53,630 nt of DNA from Thelocarpon superellum (GCA_026025795.1 JAPEUG010000079.1:1-53630), one strand, 5' to 3'. Positions 23,961-36,600 are shown, counted from the first letter of the stretch. The notes: a model not told the origin generated them from the letters alone. Numbers and translations: made by a program.

Positions 23961-26129
23961 TCAGAGAGCTCTCTCCAATGCTTCCCTGGCAGCCTGTACA
24001 CTGTCCCTTGCTTCCCTTCTCGCCCTGATTTCCTCCTCTTCTTCCCCTCCCGCTAACATCTCATCGCCAAGTCGCCGACCTCCCTGCTTCACAAGTAGCG
24101 TCATCTCGTCCGTCTCGGCCTGGAGGGCTCTTCGCCCCTCTTCTCTCACCAACCCGGCCCACTCTGTCCGAGCAGCCTCCCAGCGCTTCTGGAGTCGACG
24201 GAGCGCATACACTATTCCGAGCGCCAGAACGGCCGTGACGGACGAAGAGGCCGTCGTCGTAGAGGCCGTCAACGCGCCATGGAGCGCCTCGGCGATGGAC
24301 GGTGCACAGGGGGAGTAGGCAGGGAGAGAAGAGAGGTAAAGCAGGCCTGAGAAGGCCGTGGTCAACGACGCAGTGGACAGCGAGGAGACGAGAAGGGACT
24401 GGGCGCGTGATTGGAGCGGCGGGATCGTGGCGCTGGCAAGGTGGGAGCGCGCGAGCGCTATCGATTGGGGCCAGGGCTTGGGCTGCGTTGGTGCCGGGAT
24501 CAGTGGCGCGCTTCTTTCCTCGGTCGCGTGAGCGTCGAGGAGATCCGAGTAGGTCGGAGCCGGTGGTGCGCTGCCTAGTCGTCGCCGTTCCCTTGGAAGC
24601 AGGACGTCGGACTTGGAAAGTGGGACACTCTCCCTCAACCCCGCTTGTTCCATCTTGCCCGCTATCCAGATCGCTTCCTTCTCTGCCTCGACAAGCCATC
24701 GTCGCTCCAGCACCTCCGTAGCTATCATCTCCACGTCGTCCGCGCGCCAAAGCAACTTCCACCATGCCATCCGCGCCCATCGTCGGCCCGAAAATGCAAG
24801 GTCTAGCTCGTCGCGAAGCTCGGTGTGTGCCCGCTCGGCCCATGCGTCGATGCTTCGCTGTAGTGCTTGTAGCGTGCTTGTCGGGATAGCAGCGCTGCGT
24901 TGTCTCGCCACTCTCCCCGCCTCTTCTTGCGCAATTCGCTCCAACGTGTCGTCCAGTGCAGACGTGATCAGCCGCTTCACCACTGGCTTGATTGTTCCGT
25001 CCATCGCGCGGTTTCCCTCCATCAACCAGTCCGATATGCTTGGCATCCCGCTCTGGAACCATTCGCGCTCGTACACCACCGCGTTATCCACCGTCTGTCG
25101 AAACTTGCCGATGGCGACATGAGCCAGGTCGAGGTCCACCACGCCCACCTCGTCGCTGCTCGTGTCCGATGTTGCTGGAAGAGTAACGGCGGTCTTGACC
25201 ATGTCTCGTAATGTGTCCACGTCTGCCTCGTTCACCACGTATCGGCCGATGTTCACTGCCGCTCCCACACCCGTCCCGATCACCACGGTCCGGTGCACGG
25301 GATACGTGACGATTGAATATGCCCCCCGCTGCGAAGCTGGTGTCGCCAATGATGGGATCAGCATAGAATCCCGTGGTCGGCTAGTTTCGTCCGCTGATCC
25401 CATCGAGGTCGCGTTTGGAGTAAGTCGAGAAATGAGAATCTCCATGTTGTTCGACCTTAGCAATGGGGAAGGAATCGTCCACGTGGCGAGGAGAGGGTTA
25501 TCCGATTCGACTTTTGAGCTCCCTCCGTACCTATCAGGCTGTCAGCACCGTAGATCGCTGATAATGATGGAGATCAGCCAACATACCGGAGAAGCAACCC
25601 TCGTCCGTCATCTTCCCACCCCTCCAACCATTCCTCCCACTTCTCCACCGACGAGATCGGGTCTGCCAGCAGCACACGAGCTAGTTTCAACGCCGCCGCC
25701 TGTCCGCCCAGACCCAGAACTAGGCATTATCAGCTTATAGTCATAATGGTGTGCACGTGGTGTGAACATACGAGCCACGCGAACGACGGCATCACGCGAT
25801 TCCAGGCCATTCAACGCCAGACGTAGCCGGCTGAGGTTGACATAGTTGGCTGCGCGTTCTTGTACGGCGCTCAGGCGGTCGTAAAGCTCGCGAAAGGAGG
25901 GCGGAATGGGCCGGGCGGCGTTGATAGCCGTGGCAGAGCGGTGGGTCGAGACGAAACGCGGACGTAGGTGCGGGCGTGTGCACAGCTTGACAAGCTCCCG
26001 TTGGGGCACGTGGCGTCTGATGAGGGACGAGAAGGTTCGCACGAAACATGCTGGGCATATGCTCGAGGTCCCGCGGACCAGCTCCATCCAATGACGCCGT
26101 CTTGGCGGCCGGGGGAAGGAGAAGGGCAT
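23961..26129 (-). CDS. Conserved fungal protein, Mmc1-like, probably mitochondrial membrane
   Basis: Arg/Ser-rich presequence-like N-terminus, NYVNLSRLRLAL, WAERAHTELRDEL...WWKLLWRADDV, and two C-terminal hydrophobic segments before LRRLQKRWE. Two GTATGT introns (~25532-25586 and ~25719-25770). The family name is from recall. Confidence 0.7.
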
Positions 26130-26674
26130 GTCTTGAGAGGATCGGTCAAATCCCAGATGCCGCTGTTGACTTGGTAGGTGGAAGCTCCGTCGCCCGCCAA
26201 TCACCTCGCAGGATGTACTCACACTTTCACGCGCCGGCAAAGTCGCGATCCTCCGTGATATTCCACGCGTATGGTTGTTCCCATTGATCGATGCCCCACC
26301 AACTACTGGATACTCTCTACACCAACCCTGAACACGGGTGTGCTTCAAACCTACGATTTGCATGCCATGACCGCTCATCGCTCATTATCTTCTAGAACCA
26401 GCGTCCTTGTACGGAACGGGTGGGGCGTATCATGGATCGTAGATGACGAAATGCACATGGGCATCGACACAAGAATTCGCTCGAAGATCATCAGGGGCAT
26501 GGGCAAGGACAAGGGCAAGGGCAAGAGGGTGAACGAGGGTGAAGCGGCGAGACGTTCAAGAGAGGAAAGGGAGGCGCTAGGAAGCCAGGTGCTACCGATG
26601 CCACCCAAATCCGACCAACGCCACCCGATCCAGCGGGAGGACCATGAACCGATCAGCGTTGCGTCAACGGACGT

Positions 26675-28634
26675 TCACCCATGTCGCTTTGACCTAGAGT
26701 CCAGGTCAGTCGGATTTCCACAGCACACCGAGGAGGCAACGAACATGCTGATTCGGCGGGCCACCTGCGCCAGCCCTTGGTCGTTCTCGGCCTCCATGCT
26801 GGCTCGCTCGAGCGCCTGCTTGCGCCCTTCCTGGCTCTGCCGTTTCACCTCGTCATGCGACGGTGGAAGCCGCTCGTTCTGCAGATCCACCTTGCGGGCG
26901 TCTTCGAAATTGGAGATAGCCTGCTTGATGCCCTCGGCACCCAGCATCAACGTCCCCGCGGGCAAGCGACCGCCCGAGGCCGTCTTAAGCTCCGTGACAC
27001 GCTCCGACTCCTCGCGAAGGACCTGGAATACCCGGGACAAGCGTCCGATGGCCAGGATCTTGTTCTTGATGGCCCGACGCTTCACCTCACTAGTGTCGGC
27101 GTCGTGCGGGTCGGCCGGCGGCGGCGACACCGCGCCCGCCACGGACGGGGGAGTCTCCTCTTCCAGCTCCTCCTTCGAGCACGTGTTGAGGATGGCGATG
27201 AGCATGTCCGTGACTGCCGTCCATTAGCCTCCGCGTCCAAGATCCCTCTCATGGGGGGTGGCGGGGGACGTTGCCACGTACTCTTCTCGCCGACAAATGG
27301 GAGCGACCAGGTGAAGACGTCCATGAAGTTCGGCAGCCAGTAGGGATGGGGAGTGCAATCTATCAGCGTCAGTCGCGATCGAACGCCGCGCCGGACAGGA
27401 AACCCACTAAATTGCCGGATATTCATCACGTTGTTCTCGTACTTGAGCACCGCCGCCTTGTTGTTGTACACGTCCAGGTAGTTGGGCGCACTGAAGATGG
27501 TCATGACGCTGGGGAATCCAGTGGTGCGGGTCTTGCGGTACATCCGATATCCCGCGTCTTGCGCCTCGTGGGCACGGATGATGGACAGGAGGTTGTTCTT
27601 CTCCAGGAAGGCGCACGCGGCCGGATAGGAGAAGAAATAGGAACATCCACGCACGTGGTTGTGCACGAAGAATTCCGACGTCTTTTCCTGCCCAAACTCC
27701 TCAAGCGGATCGGCCCAGAGGATGTCACACATGAGGCCCTGGGTCGGAGGCTCACGGAATCGATCGATCTGGCCGGCGTCAGTCTCGTTCCACGCTCCAC
27801 CATCAAGCTCGACACTAGCTTACGCTCTTGAGATCGTCCAGTGTGTGCAGCTCGGGGCTGAGACCGCCGTGGATGCAGAGAAATTGCTTGTTCATGACCG
27901 CAGCCAAGGGCAAGGCGCAGAAGGACTTCATGCAGGCCTCGTAGACGGCGTCAGAGTACTTGTGCTTGCACTCCAACTTGAAGGTGAAGTAATCCGTCAG
28001 GTGGCGACACTCGTGGTTGCCTCGGAGGAGCCACAGCGTATTGGGATACCAGATCTTGAGCGACCAGAGATAGAGGACGCACTCGATGCTGAAGTAGCCT
28101 CGGTCGACGTAGTCACCCAGGAACAGATACCGTGTTTCGGCCGGGTCACCGCCAACCTCGAAGAGTTTCATCAGGTCAAAGTACTGGCCGTGCACGTCGC
28201 CGCACACCGTGATGGGCGCGTCCATCTCGAGCAGGTTGGGCTCAGACCGGAGCACCTCGGTACCCGTCTCAATGATCCACAACGCTTGCTGCTCGGTCAA
28301 CCGGCCTTCGCGATAGAAATGCTGCTTGAGGTATTGAAGGTTGGGCTTGGTGGGGTCGTGCGGCGAGAAGAACTGCTGTTGTGAGGGTGGGTTGAAGGCC
28401 GGCGCCTGGACGTCTATCGACGGGGTCAGCATCATGAGGTCAGCGGCGACCCGTCCCGCGCCCGGTCATACCTTTGCACACCCGCTCATTGGTCGTGACT
28501 TGCGTGCCATCTTCCATCGTGTGCAGCGTGAAGTCGATCTCCGGTACCGGCTTCTTCTCATGCAAGGCGCGGATGGCACTGTCCAGCTGGTGATTATCTT
28601 CCAGGCCGTGATGATTGGCGGACGAGTTCGCCAT
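26675..28634 (-). CDS. CNA1: Calcineurin catalytic A subunit (PP2B)
   Basis: [46 protein letters not shown], CaM-binding [15 protein letters not shown], autoinhibitory [16 protein letters not shown]. Five introns. Confidence 0.97.
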
Positions 28635-29637
28635 GATGCGGTGGCCGGCTCGGACCGGGCCTCGCAATCAGGAATGAGGATAGTGCAGGACGCAAAGGAT
28701 GTTGATCGTGATGAAAGGCCGTCAGATGGAGGGAGGTGGCGATGCCGACGATGAGGACGAGGATGAGGATCACGGGCACGCGCGCAGCTGCGGGGAGTGT
28801 GAGGAAGGGTGGCGGGTGTGCGGATTGTTCATGCGTGCAGCCGTGGGTGCCGGAGATGGCGCGGACAGAGCGGGGGACAGCAATTGACCGGAGGGCAGAA
28901 CGAGTGAATCCGCGTGGATGACGTGAAGAGATGGGGCGGATGGAACGAACAAAGATTGCCGCCTGAGGCCAGAATCATCCGCGTAAGGCAAAGGTAAAGT
29001 TGCCCTCCCGCGGGACCCGCGATCTTCCCCACCAACGTCGACTCTTCACGCTGCACTAGCGAGATGGAGCCGTCTCGTGTGGGCCACGCTGACGGTGCGA
29101 AGTACTATCGTCGTACGATTGCCGAATGGGAGCCCAAAGGCGCGAGCGAAATTGTTGGGGCCTGGAGAGCTGTGGCGAGGTGCTCAGGTATCTGGTGCGC
29201 GAGTGAACAACGTGGAGAAGAAAGCTCGACCTCTTTCTGTGGAGAAACAGATGCAACGAACGCGGCAATTTACCGTTCGTTCTGGGACCCGGGGATAAAC
29301 TGCTTTTCGGAAAGAGATCCACCCCATCTCACCGTCGTGGAGCTGGTCTTCACGGACGCCTCACAGACCACCCTTCGCCCTCGACTGAAGAGCATATACC
29401 CGACCGTAGCTCTCCGCGGGCTTCTTCACTCGCCAGTTAGGCGAATCTCTGCCCTACGACACTGGCCATCCGACCAAGCACGCCCCACTACCAGGCAGAG
29501 TCTCTCCCCTGCCAGACAGCGGTTCACGAATGCGGGGCCCTAGGCATCGGCACGTCAATCTGAATCCACTGGCGACATGTCCAACGACCGTGTCCACTCT
29601 CCTACGTAGGAGGTATCGACCCGCGGAATCTGCGGCG

Positions 29638-30215
29638 ATGCATAATGGCCGTAAGTTCCAAGTTCATGTTCACCGTCGCCATGTTCGAATGGCCAGGGTT
29701 GCTGAGGCATGACAGGACCGCATCCACTCCTGGCACAGGTTCCCTTGACCGTGTCCCCATTCGTCTCACTGCCCACGGCCACCACGCTTCCCTACACCTA
29801 CAAGACCCTGCCATCCACCCTTCCGCCTTCCTCCACTGGTGAAACCAACGGCGTGGAGAAGCCCAAATATGTCATCTCGGCCAGTGGCCATGCCGCCAAT
29901 CCCGACGACATCGTCGCATCCTGTCAGATGCTCCAGACCCATCTACAGAAGATGCAGGACGATGCCGAACGCACACTAAAGGAATGGGACGAACGTATAC
30001 ACGAGCGAGAATTGGCGGAGAAGCGACGATTGGCGCCCGGCTGGTTGGATCGTGAGGAGAAGATCCTCGAGCCCGAGAAGGCGGGCGCGTCCAAGTCTCC
30101 GGACGCGATGCAAGACGACGCGCTCCCGGGCCCATCTGTCCCAGTTCCGTCTGAGGATAGCCGGGAGGGCGAGGAGCTGGATCGAGCCTTTGGCACTTTG
30201 GGTATCCGATCATGA
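29638..30215 (+). CDS. Conserved fungal hypothetical protein (coiled-coil)
   Basis: Exons 29638-29650 and 29716-30215 (GTAAGT...CAG) give MHNGRPHPLLAQVPLTVSPFVSLP...EKRRLAPGWLDREEKILEP...GEELDRAFG. Confidence 0.75.
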
Positions 30216-30640
30216 CGATCGTCAGATCGGTTTTCCAGCAAACGCCAAAGTTCCTTCAAACGTGTGCATTCCAGTAACGTGACGGAGTTTATCCAACCCG
30301 AGAGCCGTGGCTGTGGCGAGGCTTCGGCCGCGGTAATCTCCGAGGTATTTCCTGGAGTTAGGAGTTGAGGCGAGGCCGCCCATGGGCTGTCGTCATACCC
30401 GACCACCTTCAGGACAAGTGACAAACCACGGCTTCATCCGCCATCTTATCACTGGAGTTCGGAATAGAAGCCTCTACCGGCCCTGTCGTTCGGATATAGA
30501 AGATATCTCCGAGCCATCATCATGTAGAGCAGATTTAAAGGGCCAGCTTGGCTCCCAGGTCATTCCATGCCGTGCCGTGTTGACTGGCTTCGGTATTCTG
30601 TACACCCTGACGTACTTGGACCTGAGAGCCTTTCGCAAAC

Positions 30641-31661
30641 ATGAGTGCTTCATCCCTGATGACCAGCGATGGAACGGGTATGGAACGGTGATGCGATTCA
30701 TCTCCGTCCTCTCCACATCCACGCTCGGACTGACTGACGATTCAGGCGAACATTTCACCTCCACGCTGCACGACGATACATACACCGCAATCAACCCCGA
30801 GGGTCTCAATTTGTCTGGCCGCACGGTTTTAATTACGGGCGCCTCCAAAGGTATTGGGCGCGCCATCGGTATCTCCTATGCGACGGCGGGGGCCTCTCAA
30901 ATCGCCATTGGAGCCCGGTCTGACCTGGCCTCGCTCGAAAAGGACATCTATGAGGCCGCCAAGGCTTCCGCCAGAGAAGTCAAGGTCCTGCGCTTAAAGC
31001 TCGACGTGACCGACTCGGAGAGCATTGAGAAAGCCGTGGCCGAGGTGGAGCGCACTTTTGGCCGACTGGATATCCTGGTCAACAATGCAGGCGCCATGGA
31101 AGCCGCCGTGCCCATCGCCAAGAGCGACCCCGAGGCCTGGTGGAACACGTGGACTGTGAACATCCGCGGGCCTTATCTCGTCACCCGCGCCTGCTTGCCC
31201 CTTCTCCTTAAAGGAGGCGAAAAGCAAATCATCAATATGAGCAGCGTCGGTGCCTTTCTAGCTTGGCCAGGCCTGAGCGCATATCAACCGACCAAGTTGG
31301 CCTTGCTCCGCTTCTCCGATTTCATCAATGCCGAGTACGGTTCACAAGGCGTGATTGCCTACTCAACGCATCCAGGCGCCGTGATGACGGAACTGGTCGA
31401 CAACGTCGTGCCCGATGAGCTCAGGGAGAGTACGTCGATTCGTCATTCGATCTCCTCCATACTTACAGACCAAGCTGACCATTGTTAGTGTTCACCAATA
31501 AGCCAGAGCTAGCGGCAGATACCATTGTCTTCCTGACCTCGGAGAAGCGCACCTGGCTGGCCGGGCGCTACATCAGCTGCACGTGGGATATGCCCGAGTT
31601 CCTTGCCAAGAAGGAGGCCATTGTCGCTGGAGACAAGTTGAAACTTACTTTGACCGTCTAG
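30641..31661 (+). CDS. Short-chain dehydrogenase/reductase
   Basis: TGASKGIG, DILVNNAG, catalytic S...YQPTK, HPG, WLAGRYISCTWD. Introns 30678-30745 and 31430-31488. Confidence 0.92.
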
Positions 31662-32045
31662 ATTTTGGATTGAGAAAGAATTTGGTTGCGTGAAACTGCG
31701 AGCAGCGAGAGGAGAGCGTCAAAAGCTCGAACACCGAGGTAGAACAATGTTGATGTGTGTCCTTTAAGTAGCGAAATGTATAGAGAAAGAATGTCGGACG
31801 GGTGAGGGGCGAGCTGACCCGACGATGCGTCACATCAAGTATGGTTCGGTAGCGGTATCGTCGCCCACCAACGTTACGAGGCAGTGTGGCTGGCGGTGGC
31901 GGGGTAAATCAAAAGTTTGGCCTAGACAGCCACGCCCGGTGTGTGCTCTTCTTGCCAGCCCTGCAACGTACAATCTTACAGGAAGTACAGCCTTTGGGCG
32001 CGCAAGACGATACATTTTCTCCTTCACCTCTTGGACCCGACCGAC

Positions 32046-33005
32046 ATGGCTCTGGAAGTCATCCACGACGTGCCGGTAGAGGACCACTTCACCCCACTCT
32101 CGGTCCATGAATCGCAGACGCCCGACTCGTTCTTCTCGGGCAAGCCTGTCCTCTACGTCCATTCTCGCAGCTGCCAGGTCTCCTTGCCAGCTGCACATGC
32201 TGCCTTGTTAGAAGGAGATGCGAAGAGTGGAGGGTTTACCAATGGATCCGTCAACGGCCACGGGGACGTGACTCCAGACGCCTTTCCACTCATCTCGGAA
32301 ATTGATGTATGGGTATCTTCACAGTGAGTCCAGATGATACTCGATCCAGGTTCATCACTTGACTCTTACTTCTTCAGACGCTTGATCCTTTTCAATACGC
32401 CTCGATCACATGGGGTCTCTATCCCCTACCCTTCCATCACCCTTCACGCCATCAAAGATCGAGCACTAGAGAACGCGAGCGGCAAAGGCCTCTACATGCA
32501 GATCTCGACCACTGCACCCGAAGACGCCGCGGCCGATGACGAGGACGGCGTGGATGATGATATCATGGAACTGACCATCATTCCGACCCCGGAAAGCAAT
32601 GGGCTCACCGACGACGTGGTTCAAGAGCTCTACGAGACCGTCACACGCTGCTCGAATCTACATCCTGACGTCCTCTCGCCCTCGTCTGACCCCGACGAGC
32701 CTCCGCCGATCCTGTTCGAAGGAAGTGTTGGCTACGAATCGGGCATCCTTCTCCCCGATGGCATGAGCGGTGCGTCCAACGCAAGCTCCCTCCCCCCACC
32801 AGTCCCCGGCAGCGGAGGGTGGATCACCGCGGAGAACGTAGGCGAGTTCTTTGACGAGGACGGGAACTGGAAGGGCCGAGGCGGTGATGTCGAGGGAGAC
32901 GCCGCTCTCGGTCCTGGCGCAGGGACCGTTCGCGAGCGAGACTCTGCGGAAATGGACGAAGCGGGAGCGGAAGAGGAGGGGACGAAGTGGCAAAAGACCG
33001 AGTGA
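32046..33005 (+). CDS. LOT5: ICln/Lot5-like (Voldacs domain) protein
   Basis: FTPLSVHESQTPDSFFSGKPVLY, GVSIPYPSITLHA, LYMQI, CSNLHPD, GWITAEN. Intron 32324-32377. Confidence 0.85.
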
Positions 33006-33183
33006 CGAAGTGTTGAAGCGACGGTGACATTTACGCGCACTTGATACCCGGCGTAGAAGGCATAGAAAGGAAGAAAAGAAAAGAAAAGGATTGATTATAT
33101 TAGATGCGGGCAGGACGGTCATTCAATTCCAACATCGCAGAGCTACACAGCAGTCACATACGCTCCCCAGACCTATCAATTCA

Positions 33184-36100
33184 TCAACCCCTCAGAAACC
33201 CCTTACCATCATAGAGGCCCGCTCCCGCATCACACGCCTCTTCCTCTTCCTCGTACATACTGATGATGCCGCACGGCGTAAGACTAAGGCCCGGCGGGCG
33301 CGAGACTGCGGACAGATTGGTCCCGACGAGTCCGGAAGCGACATGGCCACCGCTTGTCTCGGAGCCGTCCGACACAATGCTCCCAGTATTCCCTGCACGA
33401 GTGCTGTCATTCCTGCCCATATTCCCTGGACGAGTGGCGGGGCTCGTGCCAGGATCAGCCACACCGGCTGCGAAATGCATCCTCGAGATGCCTCCAATTG
33501 CGTCAGTGACAGCTATATTCGTCCCCAGCGTAGGCGAGAGCGGACTCGAAGGCGACCCACGCACGCTCATGCTCGAGTAGATGATGCGGCCGCCGCCGTG
33601 CACGGAGCGAGGGACGGGCATGGCGAAGTTGCGCGAGTCCCGCACGCTGTGGATTTGGCGCGGCTGGGTGTCTGCGATGAGCGTCGCCGTCGAATCGGTA
33701 GAGGTTCGTCGAAGAGCCGCTGCCATGGAGGAGGAGGAAGGGGATGGAGAAGCAGTGGTTCGAGGCGTAGGTGCCATCGCGGGTGTCGTTCGTCCCGTTC
33801 TCTGCGCCACGGTCGTCCGCCCTCGATTTTGAACCGGGGTCGCTCGTCCCGTATTCTGCACGGGCGCGCTGCGAGATATGGCGTGGCTCATGGTGGGCGT
33901 GGTGGGCATGGTGGAGGTGGTGAGCGTGCCTCTCCTCCTCGTCGGGCTTCCCGTCTCCGAGCTACCGATGAGGATGTGTTGCCTTCGTCGGCCGGAGCCG
34001 TTCCATTGCACGTGTGGAGATGCCAGGCTAGGCTTGGTTGCCTCGTATCTGGTCTCTGCAGAGTACCTGGTGGGCGTCGGAATGGCGGATTGGGAGTGGA
34101 CGTGAGTGTGGGCGTGGGTGTGAGCGTGTGTCGGGTAGGATCTGCCCTTCGCACTACCATGACGGGAGCGAGAATAGCGCTGGAAAGGTGGCGTGCGTGG
34201 ACCCTGGACGCGGGATCCGGGAGAAGAGCCCTCGTCACCCGCGACCTGAGATAGGTGAGAAGCGGCGGAGTAAAAGGTCTGACAGGGCAACTTCGTGGCC
34301 GGGGAAGAGTCCAAAGTAGTTGAGACACGCGGCACGGCGGGGAAGACAGCAAGGAAGCCCGGCGAGAGCGAAAGCGGCGAATCGCGGCGCGAGAGAGGCG
34401 GGCTCGAAAGCACACTCGACGTCGTGGACGAGCGTCGGATCAGCGTCTCCCGCGCAGCCGTCAGCTCATCCTGCGAGGTGCGGAGTAGAGCGGGTGAACT
34501 ATGATAGTGGTGATGTCTGGGCGAGGCGGGTGCACCCGACGGGTTCACCATCTGCCGCGTCTCCATGAATGACAGCGATGGATGTGGCGGCGAAGCTGCA
34601 AAGACGGGATCGAAGGTGTTGATGGATGGGGGACGCGGCAGAGGCCGACCCTCCAGGGACGTGGCACCTTCCGGGCTCGCCTCCGGACGCGGACTTTTCG
34701 GTGAAGCCAGCGACTTCTCCGACGACGGCGGGGCCGGCAAGGCGTGATGGATCGTCGGCGCCTGGCTGGAGATACGGACGCATTTGCGCCGCTTGTGCAC
34801 GGTCGATCGAAGACTGCTTCCCTTGAAGGCGGAGATGGGTCGCTTCGACTGAATCTGGATCGACGGGTCCCAGAAGTCCAGGCTCTGGCCCGAGTGCGGC
34901 TTGATTGGGGAGCGCTGCAGGCTTGGCGTCGACGGGGAGTAGTCTCGTCGATTGCCGGCGACGTCACGTAACGCCATTGTCCAGCTGGCTGAGAGCGGAG
35001 TGACCTCGTGGGTGGCGCTCGATGCAGCGCTCGCGTAGCTGGCATTACTCCCGTGGCGAAGCAGGGCCTGGTGGTTGGGGATGGCGTCTTCTGGCGTCGA
35101 CGGCGGCGTTGCGGGCACGCGACCTGTCGGAGAGCTCTGGTCTGGAGAGCGCTGTTCATCGGCGTTGTAGGTGAGAACATGCGCGGGGAGGGGGTGGCTT
35201 TGCCGCCGTCCGCCTAGTGTCCCGATTGATATCCTACTGCTGTCACCCACGATGCGGTCTCGGTCGACAGGCTGACAGTCTACCCGCACGGAAATGACGT
35301 TTCCAGACGTATCGCGCGAAAGCGTCCGTCTCTGGAGACTCTGCACGCGCCTTTTCGACGGGGAGCTCAGGCCAATGGGGTGGGGAATCTCCCCCGCGAT
35401 GCTCCCGCGCTCCAAGATACTCAGACCATCCGACGTGCGAGACGAGCGCGCCGACGAGAGAAGTTGGATAGAAAGCCGATTCGTCTGCCCACCCATATCG
35501 GCTTGTGCGTGTGCTTGTCGCTTGGGGATGATGTCGTTCAGCACGGAGCTGCTGACGGAGCTGATGCTGGAGATGGACTTCAACGACGCGTGCGACAGCC
35601 GCGCGCTGCGCCGTTGTTGGCCGTCCCGTCGCATTTCTGCCGTTCCGTATCCCAATGGAGGTAACGGCGCTTGTGGTGTGGCTCCCACATCCTGTGCACC
35701 AAGCCAGGACCCGGGACGCCCTGCCCCTGACCGGTTCGACCCTGCGGGAGTTTGCTGGCGCTGGCTGACGTGCTGCACCTGAGGGGGTGGTGGAGCGTGG
35801 GTAGACTCGGAGAGAGGAGTCGGCCCTGGAGACCTTCTTTCCTCCGCCAACCAAGCGCGTAGCGGCTGCTGTGACGTGACTGCAGTGGACCATGACTGCT
35901 CTCGAGTATCGTCTAGATTCGGCGTGGTCTTTTCCGACAAGACCGTACCGAGCGAGGGAGACTTCAGTACTGCCACCTTGGACTCTGATTGTGGCTCCGA
36001 AATGGTAGCAGCGTCGCCGGATGTGGTGAGTGCAGGACTGGTCTTGGATCTGGTCATCGGTGCACGCTCGGCGGAGGAAAGTTGGCGCATGGACTTGGGG

Positions 36101-36600
36101 TGGATCACGTCCGCTGACTTTCGGCTCGATGATCGACGGAGCATCGTCCAAGACATGAATGCTGGACGGGCGGTCTTTGCTTGATCATGGGACACTAGTT
36201 GGTGGTTATTGCTGCCTCCGCGGACAAGGATGTCGGCGGATTTCGGGCTTGATACCGGCATGGTACATTCGGAGGAGGCGGGGCGCGAGGACGGCATCCA
36301 TGAAGATCCTTCCCGGAACCTGCGAAGCGCCGAGGATCCCAAGAATTCAAGGCTCCGATTGCCCCCAGGGTAGACGGTCAATTTTCTCGTCGGCCGATTC
36401 GCCTTGCTGCGCCGCCAGCGCAGCAGCATGAGACCTACCAAGGCGAGCAGAGCGACGCCGAGCACGGCAGCACCCGCGATGATGCCGATGGTTGGACCCG
36501 TTCCGAGCTTCATCACATTGGGCGCTCTTCGTGTCACCTCCGGCGACAACGACGCCGCGCGCTTCACGTCAGGCAAGGGTCCCGCGCGTCGGATTTGCAT
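33184..36600 (-). CDS. Large Ser/Pro/Arg-rich hypothetical protein with one N-terminal TM helix
   Basis: 1138-codon uninterrupted ORF. TM segment IGIIAGAAVLGVALLALVGLMLL is followed by basic RWRRSK; the rest is low-complexity and ends LYDGKGFLRG. Confidence 0.75.
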   Translation of the reverse strand: MQIRRAGPLPDVKRAASLSPEVTRRAPNVMKLGTGPTIGIIAGAAVLGVALLALVGLMLLRWRRSKANRPTRKLTVYPGGNRSLEFLGSSALRRFREGSSWMPSSRPASSECTMPVSSPKSADILVRGGSNNHQLVSHDQAKTARPAFMSWTMLRRSSSRKSADVIHPKSMRQLSSAERAPMTRSKTSPALTTSGDAATISEPQSESKVAVLKSPSLGTVLSEKTTPNLDDTREQSWSTAVTSQQPLRAWLAEERRSPGPTPLSESTHAPPPPQVQHVSQRQQTPAGSNRSGAGRPGSWLGAQDVGATPQAPLPPLGYGTAEMRRDGQQRRSARLSHASLKSISSISSVSSSVLNDIIPKRQAHAQADMGGQTNRLSIQLLSSARSSRTSDGLSILERGSIAGEIPHPIGLSSPSKRRVQSLQRRTLSRDTSGNVISVRVDCQPVDRDRIVGDSSRISIGTLGGRRQSHPLPAHVLTYNADEQRSPDQSSPTGRVPATPPSTPEDAIPNHQALLRHGSNASYASAASSATHEVTPLSASWTMALRDVAGNRRDYSPSTPSLQRSPIKPHSGQSLDFWDPSIQIQSKRPISAFKGSSLRSTVHKRRKCVRISSQAPTIHHALPAPPSSEKSLASPKSPRPEASPEGATSLEGRPLPRPPSINTFDPVFAASPPHPSLSFMETRQMVNPSGAPASPRHHHYHSSPALLRTSQDELTAARETLIRRSSTTSSVLSSPPLSRRDSPLSLSPGFLAVFPAVPRVSTTLDSSPATKLPCQTFYSAASHLSQVAGDEGSSPGSRVQGPRTPPFQRYSRSRHGSAKGRSYPTHAHTHAHTHVHSQSAIPTPTRYSAETRYEATKPSLASPHVQWNGSGRRRQHILIGSSETGSPTRRRGTLTTSTMPTTPTMSHAISRSAPVQNTGRATPVQNRGRTTVAQRTGRTTPAMAPTPRTTASPSPSSSSMAAALRRTSTDSTATLIADTQPRQIHSVRDSRNFAMPVPRSVHGGGRIIYSSMSVRGSPSSPLSPTLGTNIAVTDAIGGISRMHFAAGVADPGTSPATRPGNMGRNDSTRAGNTGSIVSDGSETSGGHVASGLVGTNLSAVSRPPGLSLTPCGIISMYEEEEEACDAGAGLYDGKGFLRG

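Noticed and set aside
26017..26065. Hammerhead-ribozyme-like CTGATGAG...CGAAAC core
   Set aside because: Stem II is mismatched, stem III has a C-A mismatch, the cleavage triplet would end in G, and no stem I is evident. It lies antisense within the Mmc1-like CDS.
1370..33005. Enrichment of RNA-metabolism genes (5S, RRP43, PPIL1, CysRS, TRM61, ICln) as a functional cluster
   Set aside because: Spread over 30 kb among unrelated genes and not distinguishable from chance without statistics.
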